Source: Patescibacteria group bacterium (GTDB taxonomy: Bacteria; Patescibacteriota; Minisyncoccia; Phycocordibacterales; JACOZG01). From it: a stretch of 64,000 nucleotides of DNA. Position numbers and translations under genes: made by a program. The stretch spans positions 81,321-145,320 of the forward strand of contig JBBTQW010000002.1 in assembly GCA_038065495.1 (NCBI GenBank). The letters are read 5' to 3'. Position 1 is the stretch's first letter. Every line of letters begins with the position of its first letter. Below the pieces are notes generated by a model. The model was not told where the DNA came from. It made no database searches and saw nothing but the letters and a program-made list of their open reading frames with translations. Below are positions 57,036-64,000 of the stretch, piece after piece.

Positions 57036-57080
57036 GGTGTGGTTCAAATCAGTGTCAGATTATGATCAGGTGATTTGAGA

Positions 57081-57794
57081 TTAACAGAAAGATCTGCGCC
57101 GGCGAGGAAACAGAGGGAGTGAACCCAATCCGGCGATTGCCAGCGTCGCTGGTTCCGGCACCGGGCGATAGTCATAAGTGACTTTCGCGGTCAGGTTGAG
57201 AACCGGGTTCTCCACCTCTAGTTGCCACGAATCGGGCACATACGGCCCGAAGTTCGCCGTCTGGAAGATCACGTCCGGCGTGAACATGAAGTCCGCTGTG
57301 CCTGCGCCCAGATACGCCGCAAGCGGCTGAGCAGGATGTGAGACGGTCAATGTGGCATACGAGACGGTGCCAAAGTTGTGACCGTCTGGGCCAGAACTCT
57401 GGAAAACATCGTTATTACCACCATCGCCGTCATCCGGAGTAAGTGGGACCGAGGCTGTGTTCACAATCTTGGTATCGCCACTCGCGAGGCCGGCCGGGCC
57501 AGTCACTGACCACGAGCGAATCAGCTGACCTTGGACAAACAACTGCTGACCATGGTCAAACGGATCGTCGTTATCGGCCTGCAGATCCACCGAGCCATCA
57601 TGGCAAAACTCCACCAGCACACCGACCAGCTCGCGCGTGCCACCCATGTCGTCGAACTTGGGGACACTCACCACCACGCTCGGCTGGAGCGCACTCTCGA
57701 ACGAGTTCGATCCACTCACCATGTACGAATCCGCGCGCGCCGCGCTGGCCGTGAGCAACACGGCGACCATCCCCACCAAACTGGGAACTTTCAT
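57081..57794 (-). CDS. PEP-CTERM surface protein (choice-of-anchor E-like; solo cassette)
   Basis: Signal peptide; VPKFD..G.R.L..V; VTYDY then VPEPATL-TM-RRRR; SD AAGGAG; promoter TTGACA-17-TAGGGT (57906-57878). Confidence 0.85.
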   Translation of the reverse strand: MKVPSLVGMVAVLLTASAARADSYMVSGSNSFESALQPSVVVSVPKFDDMGGTRELVGVLVEFCHDGSVDLQADNDDPFDHGQQLFVQGQLIRSWSVTGPAGLASGDTKIVNTASVPLTPDDGDGGNNDVFQSSGPDGHNFGTVSYATLTVSHPAQPLAAYLGAGTADFMFTPDVIFQTANFGPYVPDSWQLEVENPVLNLTAKVTYDYRPVPEPATLAIAGLGSLPLFPRRRRSFC

Positions 57795-57910
57795 ACTCAA
57801 ACTCCTTCTTGTCGAAGAACAATTTAGCCGCAAACCCTGCAGCCTTGGGAAGTTAGACGAAAATCTAACCAACTTATACCCTAGCAGATTTGCAAAAACT
57901 TGTCAAATAT

Positions 57911-58132
57911 TTAGCTCTGCTTCAGTTTTTCTAGCTCTGCTTGGTGGGTTAGCATCACTTCCATGGCCGCGGCTTGTTGATCTTGGCCAGACTTCACTTT
58001 TTCTTGTATTTCTTCCGCAATTTGCTTAAAAAGGGCGGGATTCTGCTTCACAATATTCATCACTTGACCGGCTTGCTCCTCGCTCACACCGTGAGATTTG
58101 AGCATTTTCTTCAAGATAAAGTCGCCAAACAT
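57911..58132 (-). CDS. Small conserved hypothetical protein
   Basis: 73-aa helical ORF with NPALFKQIAEEIQ and DQQAAAMEVM. Confidence 0.7.
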   Translation of the reverse strand: MFGDFILKKMLKSHGVSEEQAGQVMNIVKQNPALFKQIAEEIQEKVKSGQDQQAAAMEVMLTHQAELEKLKQS

Positions 58133-58190
58133 AAGTTTCTAATTTAACAAATATATGCTACAGTGGCAAACGAAAAGTTTTAAAATATTT

Positions 58191-58261
58191 GGGCCTATAG
58201 TATAGCGGTAGAACGGTTCCATGGCATGGAACAGGTCCGGGTTCGACTCCCGGTAGGTCCA
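58191..58261 (+). tRNA. tRNA-Ala(GGC)
   Basis: GGGCCTA/TAGGTCC acceptor stem with G3:U70; GTTCC-ATGGCAT-GGAAC anticodon arm; GGTTCGACTCC T-arm. Confidence 0.95.
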
Positions 58262-58273
58262 CAGAGTTTCCCC

Positions 58274-60013
58274 CTACTTCACCTCTTTCTCGATATCTTC
58301 GATTTCTTTTTTGATATATTTCTCAGCGGTCCGAAGATTCTTGCGGACACGAGTGAGGATGCGCGCTTCTTCGCGAGTCAAGTCGCGCTTCGTTTTAGCT
58401 TTCTCTAGCAAGCTTAACTGCTTCTCCAGATCTTCGCGCAGGAGATCAAAGGCTTGGCCGATTGACTCTTCTGCCTCATGCACTTCGGCTCGCACCTTGC
58501 GCCGCAGGCGATGTAAAGCGCGCTGGCTGTGCTCGAGCAAGAGCGCGAGTAAGACGAATAGCGCCACAAAAGGAATCGCGACCGAGAGAGCGGAAACAGC
58601 TTTATTGCCCAAGCGCCACCAGGCCGGCGGGCGCACGTTCAGCTCAATCGCCGTGCTGGGCAAACTACTCGCGCCGTCATCGCGTAGCACTCGGGCGGTA
58701 ATCGTATAATTGCCGGCCGGCAGTTTCTCTGGCGAAACAAAAGTAAAGCTGCCGAGGTTATCGCTCTTGATGCTGGCAATTTCGGCTGGATTAGCCCCTT
58801 CTTGCACGCTCACAAGCAAGCCGGTATCGGGATAAGTTTGACCTTTGGCCACCAAATTCTGCCCGGCGAGTAGATCGGTTGGGTAATCCGTCCAAGTTGG
58901 CGAGAGTAGCGGTAGAACCGTGACAGAAATCGAAGAGAGTAATGCATTACCAGCGCGATCGAAAGCGCGCGCGGTAATAGTGTGTGTGCCCGGTGGCAAG
59001 GCTGGCGTGCGATAAACTTCACCACGACCGCCACGCCAAACAGGCAGAGTCTCACTACCCGAACGTAATTCGTAATAATCTAAGCCAGAAGTACTATCGC
59101 TCGCGCTTAAGAGTAATTTAACTTTTGGATCCGTGTCGTCGTCCCGGGCGCTCTCGCGAATAAAGAAATTAGTCGGCTTAGTCGTGTCTATTTGCAGGCG
59201 ATAATGACTCGTCTCACTCCACTCGCCGTTACCCAATTTAGCTTGAACGTGGAAATACCACCTGCCGTCACCCAGATCATCCAAAATTTTCTCGCTCACG
59301 GCTGGCTCATAGAGCACGCTCGCCTCGCCACGCGCTGTTTTATTGACCGCTAGGCGCACCGCACTCGCGCCACTTGGCAAATCCCAGCTCAACTTGGCCG
59401 TGCTGGCACGATACCATTTGTCTTGATCTGGATGCGTGCTGGAAGTAATATTTAAACTATTCTGATCATCTTCAGTTTCAGAAATATCCGGAATTATCGG
59501 CTTGGCGATAGTTGGCTCTGTCGCCGCACCGCCAAGTTGCAAGCTGGCACTACCGGCGCTAGTCAAGATATTACTGCCTTGGCCGTCATTGGCGAGCACG
59601 GCTGGTGTGACAAAACTTAATTTGGCCGAGCCCGCACGCTTGGCTCGGAAGTTGATACTCAAAACTCGGCCAGAATTACCGGTAAAACCGGGATTAAGCG
59701 CCACGCCTTCGAAATTTATTGTTCCCGCAGAATTAGAAAAGCTCGGCTCTTGCACCCACAGGCCGACGACCGAGCCGCCCTTGGAGAGCGAAGTGACTTG
59801 CAAGAGATCAGCGGGGAAAGTGACAACGCCAGAAACAGCGTTCATGGCTTGGTCAGGTGTGGAAACGATTATTGTAACAGCAAAATTCTGACCAGCTGAG
59901 AAATTTCCAGTATTTGGACTAAGACTAAGTGACGCCGCGTGCGCAAAACTTGGCGCTAAAAAAAGAACTGAAGCAAAAAAGATTAAAAATATTTTTGAAA
60001 TAGAAAAATGCAT
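58274..60013 (-). CDS. Surface protein: cohesin-like domain plus Ig-like domains and C-terminal TM/coiled coil
   Basis: Signal peptide; ASLSLSP...NAVSG...W..EP...VLANDGQG; SSTHPDQDKWY; ASD..SGLDYYE. Confidence 0.8.
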   Translation of the reverse strand: MHFSISKIFLIFFASVLFLAPSFAHAASLSLSPNTGNFSAGQNFAVTIIVSTPDQAMNAVSGVVTFPADLLQVTSLSKGGSVVGLWVQEPSFSNSAGTINFEGVALNPGFTGNSGRVLSINFRAKRAGSAKLSFVTPAVLANDGQGSNILTSAGSASLQLGGAATEPTIAKPIIPDISETEDDQNSLNITSSTHPDQDKWYRASTAKLSWDLPSGASAVRLAVNKTARGEASVLYEPAVSEKILDDLGDGRWYFHVQAKLGNGEWSETSHYRLQIDTTKPTNFFIRESARDDDTDPKVKLLLSASDSTSGLDYYELRSGSETLPVWRGGRGEVYRTPALPPGTHTITARAFDRAGNALLSSISVTVLPLLSPTWTDYPTDLLAGQNLVAKGQTYPDTGLLVSVQEGANPAEIASIKSDNLGSFTFVSPEKLPAGNYTITARVLRDDGASSLPSTAIELNVRPPAWWRLGNKAVSALSVAIPFVALFVLLALLLEHSQRALHRLRRKVRAEVHEAEESIGQAFDLLREDLEKQLSLLEKAKTKRDLTREEARILTRVRKNLRTAEKYIKKEIEDIEKEVK

Positions 60014-60015
60014 GT

Positions 60016-60912
60016 CTATTTATTATACTTCAATCGTGCAAACAACCACAAGCTCGCAATAATCCCCGCTACGAAAATTGCGAGCACGCCCAACTTTTTA
60101 CGCAATGAGAAAGTTGAGACTGGTTCTAATTCTAACTCTGGCGCTGTTTGCGGCTTCTCCACCGAGCTAGGAAAATTATTCTGAGAATTATTTTCTGGAT
60201 TTTTGTTCAGATTCATAGTCACCGGGATCTTTACCTCAGGCAAAACATTTTCTGGTTCTGGCTGGTTAATTACCTGCATCTGGGTTGAGAACAATCTCTG
60301 CCTAATTAAATTAAGCAAATTTAACAATAAATTTCTCAGATTTTCAGAAATTGTCGTAATAGCATTCGTGACGCCGTGGCTGATATTGCCAATAAAGCCC
60401 GAGCCACCACTGGAGCCATTCCCCGATCCTGTTCCGGTTTCTGTCTCCGTCCTGGCCGAAGCTGGTCGCCAGTCAGTCTGGACGGAACAATTGTCACAAT
60501 CAAAAGTCACTCGTCCCACACTATTACCAGATGTCCCAGCCGTACCCGCAAAAACACCATTATCACTGATACTGATGCCGCCTAAGTCGAGCCAGCCGAG
60601 GCCCGAGACCCACGCCGCGCCGCTCAAGCTCCCCTCGCTGGTATTGGCCACGCTCTGGCTAGAATTGCTGGGCTGGAAGTTGATCCAACCATATTTGCTA
60701 CTCCAGCCATAACCGGATAAGCCGGAGTCGGTGACTGTGACACCCACATACTCGTCGCTAGTGTTCGTTGGCGCGAGATTGATCCAACCGAGATTCTCAC
60801 CCCAAGCATAAGCGTGGCTGGCGCTGACCGTCCCCACAGTTTCGGAAGCTAAAGCAGGACTCACCAACGCTAGCGCGAGCAAAAAGATCAAACAGACTTT
60901 TTTAAGGCGCAT
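60016..60912 (-). CDS. Secreted/TM-anchored protein with (G)YAW.EN.GWI repeats
   Basis: YAWGENLGWI, GYGWSSKYGWI and GAAWVSGLGWL repeats. Confidence 0.75.
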   Translation of the reverse strand: MRLKKVCLIFLLALALVSPALASETVGTVSASHAYAWGENLGWINLAPTNTSDEYVGVTVTDSGLSGYGWSSKYGWINFQPSNSSQSVANTSEGSLSGAAWVSGLGWLDLGGISISDNGVFAGTAGTSGNSVGRVTFDCDNCSVQTDWRPASARTETETGTGSGNGSSGGSGFIGNISHGVTNAITTISENLRNLLLNLLNLIRQRLFSTQMQVINQPEPENVLPEVKIPVTMNLNKNPENNSQNNFPSSVEKPQTAPELELEPVSTFSLRKKLGVLAIFVAGIIASLWLFARLKYNK

Positions 60913-61333
60913 GTTGTTCTACTTGTTCTGTTTTATTTTCGGCCTCTGCTTGCACCTGCGCGAGGGGCGCTGTTGTCACAATTTTATCCACCGCCGGCCG
61001 ATACAGCACAGCTAGATGGGCTTGCGGGAAAACAATCACCTTATCGCCGTTCTGAGCTGAACGAAAGAAGTCTTGACCGTTCAATTTTTCGCGATCAGAC
61101 ACCGTGGCCACCACCACACCGGTTTCGTCTGGGATAATCATCAGTCGCGCCAGTGATTTAATTATTTTTGTCGTTTCATTTTTCGCTCGGATTTCCGGAT
61201 CAGTCTGGAGCGTGCGATAGCGTTGATAGAGATAAGCCACCGCTACTAAACACAACACAAGTAACGCAACCAGAATCCGCGTCAAAACCGTTTGTCTGGC
61301 ATTAGTTGTTTTACGATTAGTACTAACAGTCAT
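60902..61333 (-). CDS. Conserved hypothetical bitopic protein
   Basis: TM; FF..AQNGDKV...AVLYRP...KI. Confidence 0.75.
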   Translation of the reverse strand: MTVSTNRKTTNARQTVLTRILVALLVLCLVAVAYLYQRYRTLQTDPEIRAKNETTKIIKSLARLMIIPDETGVVVATVSDREKLNGQDFFRSAQNGDKVIVFPQAHLAVLYRPAVDKIVTTAPLAQVQAEAENKTEQVEQHAP

Positions 61334-61345
61334 GATCTAAAAATA

Positions 61346-63850
61346 TTAAATAGTTTCTGGGACAACAATTTCTTCTGCTTGTTCAGAATTTTCTGGATTT
61401 TCTGACTTTAGTTCTGGTGCTGGTTCTGGTTTAGTAATAACTTCCGGTTCTGGTTCTGGTTCTGGTTCAGATTTAACTTCCGGCGTCACACTGGCAGGAG
61501 TGACTGACTGATTTAGTTTATCAAAATCTTCGGCCTTCAAACATTTTTCCGTGCCATCTGCTCGTTGCAAACACAGCTCTCTAGTGTGAACTTTCTCAAA
61601 ATAACCAACAACTGCCGTTACTCGCGCGCTGACAAAGTCAGTCACGGGCTTTAAACCTGTTTTAACTTTTTCCAGAATATATTCGCGCGCGTTTCGAGGA
61701 CTTTCCGTACTCACCTCATCCAAATTTAGTGTGAGTCCGCGGCTCTCCAGTGTCTCACCCCAACGCGCTTCTTGCTCTTGCACGGCGCGTACCACCAGCG
61801 CCAAGATCGCCCGGTCATCAATACCGCTAATCTGGCCCTCACCATCATGTGTCGCCAAGTGGTCATCAACTTCGGCAGTATCTTCCGCAATAAAACCGTA
61901 ACGCGTCCGACCGTCGCCCTCGTTGTAGACGAAAGAGACCGGCTCCAGACCGGCTAGAGTTTCTAAACCAGCCACTTCTAGCTCGGCGATATCATGCTTT
62001 GTCGCGCGGGTGGAAGACAAGCAAGCATCAGAGGCGCTGTTATACACAACTTGCTTACTAGAGCTCAAGCACAGCGAGCCAGCGCCAGTAGAGCCAGTGA
62101 GACCGTCGAAGCCGACTGTGCCAGTAACCGAGAGCGTGCGCCACGGCGAGGTGGTGGCCACGCCCAAGTTGCTGCCCACTTGGATATTGCCAGTGAGCGT
62201 AATCGCCGGATTGATCAATTTATCCAACTGACAAGCTGAGCAAGAAACCGTGCCAGTGCCATCAATGCTGTAAGTAGTAGTGGAAGCAGTGGTAATGCCA
62301 TTGAGCGAGAGGCCATTACCAGTGATGGTGATGGGAGCAATAGTACTATCGGGAATTAATTGTGCGCCAGAAACGTATGTGGTGCCACCACCAGTGTGAT
62401 AAAGCGGATAAGTACCACGCATCACACCACCTAAGACCTTCAGATCATCGCCGCCACTACCATTGCTAATACCGTGAGGATAAAGAGCTACTTCCAGCGT
62501 AACCCTAGCCGGAGTACCACCACAACCAGGCATATCAAGGGCGCCTTCGGCATTGGCGTCAAAAACTCTAGCTTTGACATAAAGGTTGCCGCAAGCAACC
62601 TCAATACCACTACCAGTGCCACCGCCTTCGCCACCCATAATAGTATCGGCATATAGATTAACATTGCCATCCGTCACAACGGCGTCATACTCTATGGAAG
62701 AAATATCGCGAGTCACGTGAGCAGTAAATTGCGCACCAGAACCAACCACAATCGCACTGGCATTAGGCGAACCGGCAGAGATTGAGCGAATGCGCTCGGC
62801 TGAGACTGTGACGGAGCTGGCGGCATTGGTGATAGAAAAAGGGGCGTGATCATTACTTCCAGCATTGCCCGCATAAATAAACTGACCGTGGCCACCAATA
62901 GTAGAAGTTGCGGCCCCGTTAGTGCCATTTGCACCATCATCAAAGATCGCCGCGCCAGAACCGGTAAAATAGACTACAGCGCCAGGCTCAAAGTAATAAT
63001 TAACGCCAGTCTTGAGCAGATTACTAGTGTCATAAAAACCCGGGCCAACATAAATAGTGCTGGATGCAGTAGCGTCTTGTTTTGCCTTCTGCAACATCGC
63101 ACCGCGCGCGGCGTTGGTGTCGGAAGAAATATAAGTTTTAGTACTAGTCGGTGTTTGTAGAACAATCGAGCCGGCCAGCGTAGTGGTGGCGGTAAAAGTG
63201 TTGACGCCAGAATAAGAATTGGTGGAAGTGGTACTAACATAGTCTAACCCGGCCGTGGCTACGCTCACGAGGCCAGTGGTGGACTTGAGCAAACCAGAGA
63301 AAGAATTGATGGAAACATTGCCGGTAAGGTTGAGCCCGCCGGAGCCGGCTTGCAAGTTGAGTGCGGTGGCGCCAGTGGTATTGCCAAGCGTGATTGTCTT
63401 GGCGCTGGAGCCGGTGCCAAAGTTTAGAGCACTAGCCGCAGCCGAATCAACCGTCAAAGCACCGCTACCAGTAATCGTCCCGCCGTTGACGCTAATATTA
63501 TTGGCAAAAGTGGTGGAGCCATCGTCGCCAAAGGTGACAAAAGCCGTGCCATTATCTTTGATAATAAAGTCGCCCTGGCCTGCGAGATTAAAAATCAAAT
63601 TAGAATCCGTGGCAGTGTCGGCGAGGGTGAAGGTGAGATCACGATTATCAGTGGTAACAATCGCATTGCCACTGGTGGCGTTATAAACTGCCTGCAAGGT
63701 CGAGCTGGCCACCGTACAGTTGGCAGTGGTTGGCGCACATTCGGGATCCAGCGTCTCGCCCGGGTCATAGGGTTGACCATCCCAAGCGGCAAACACCACT
63801 GAAGTGAGCAATAAACTAGTAACGATGACAGCGATGCCTATTTTCTTCAT
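61346..63850 (-). CDS. Large secreted beta-rich protein with a C-terminal peptidase S74-like intramolecular chaperone domain
   Basis: Signal peptide; Thr/Gly-rich repeats; SST...KHDI...GL..L..L.PVSF.Y...YGFIAED; PE-rich tail. Confidence 0.8.
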   Translation of the reverse strand: MKKIGIAVIVTSLLLTSVVFAAWDGQPYDPGETLDPECAPTTANCTVASSTLQAVYNATSGNAIVTTDNRDLTFTLADTATDSNLIFNLAGQGDFIIKDNGTAFVTFGDDGSTTFANNISVNGGTITGSGALTVDSAAASALNFGTGSSAKTITLGNTTGATALNLQAGSGGLNLTGNVSINSFSGLLKSTTGLVSVATAGLDYVSTTSTNSYSGVNTFTATTTLAGSIVLQTPTSTKTYISSDTNAARGAMLQKAKQDATASSTIYVGPGFYDTSNLLKTGVNYYFEPGAVVYFTGSGAAIFDDGANGTNGAATSTIGGHGQFIYAGNAGSNDHAPFSITNAASSVTVSAERIRSISAGSPNASAIVVGSGAQFTAHVTRDISSIEYDAVVTDGNVNLYADTIMGGEGGGTGSGIEVACGNLYVKARVFDANAEGALDMPGCGGTPARVTLEVALYPHGISNGSGGDDLKVLGGVMRGTYPLYHTGGGTTYVSGAQLIPDSTIAPITITGNGLSLNGITTASTTTYSIDGTGTVSCSACQLDKLINPAITLTGNIQVGSNLGVATTSPWRTLSVTGTVGFDGLTGSTGAGSLCLSSSKQVVYNSASDACLSSTRATKHDIAELEVAGLETLAGLEPVSFVYNEGDGRTRYGFIAEDTAEVDDHLATHDGEGQISGIDDRAILALVVRAVQEQEARWGETLESRGLTLNLDEVSTESPRNAREYILEKVKTGLKPVTDFVSARVTAVVGYFEKVHTRELCLQRADGTEKCLKAEDFDKLNQSVTPASVTPEVKSEPEPEPEPEVITKPEPAPELKSENPENSEQAEEIVVPETI

Positions 63851-64000
63851 TCACACTAATTATAACCCACTTTTTTCACATCCCAAAGCTCTTTGCCCAC
63901 ATATTTTTCCACTTTTTCTAAGTCAGTTAATAACTTGGTTTCGGCTGCTTTTTCTTCGTGAGCCAAGTCACGAGTCAGCTTAGCTTGATGTAAGATATTT

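Noticed and set aside
58226-58408. 60-aa ORF
   Set aside because: Overlaps tRNA-Ala and is antisense to the cohesin-domain gene.
61412-61470. TTCTGG tandem repeats
   Set aside because: They encode a Pro-Glu linker in the surface protein; not a CRISPR or regulatory array.
1-64000. CRISPR array, prophage, IS transposase, integron integrase, reverse transcriptase, alternative genetic code
   Set aside because: No regularly spaced repeat-spacer array or such genes seen. TGA ends conserved genes (priA, obgE, ychF) at expected positions, so code 11 applies.

Overview
A 64 kb chromosomal segment of a small-genome bacterium, most consistent with Patescibacteria/CPR (Parcubacteria-like; inferred from gene content, minimal aaRS and CPR-type surface proteins). 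It uses the standard genetic code. The backbone is housekeeping: cysS, dnaB, recR, rplU, rmuC, obgE, a dcw block (mraZ-rsmH-ftsL-ftsI-murF), lysS, greA, mreBC-mrdA, proS, rseP, frr, priA-def-fmt, mnmA, mltG, leuS, ychF and three tRNAs (Glu, Asn, Ala). Main unusual signals: (1) About a dozen stand-alone cassettes sit between core genes, each with its own sigma70 promoter, a strong Shine-Dalgarno site and an intrinsic terminator, and most carry an rRNA-boxA-like leader motif (G[T/G]TCTTTGACAA-like). Core operon-leading genes instead look leaderless. (2) A DUF559/Vsr-like endonuclease bounded by palindromic REP-like repeats is inserted in frame in leuS, which also carries a Nudix insertion. (3) One cassette gene has a DGR-variable-region-like 3' end, with no RT or template repeat in the window. 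(4) Two tandem cassettes encode free RNA polymerase alpha-CTD-like domains. (5) A promoter- and terminator-bounded ~175 nt rod-shaped ncRNA candidate. (6) Planctomycete-like secreted proteins (dockerin-like, trypsin, PEP-CTERM) that may come from a host. All calls were made by eye from motifs; no database searches were run.
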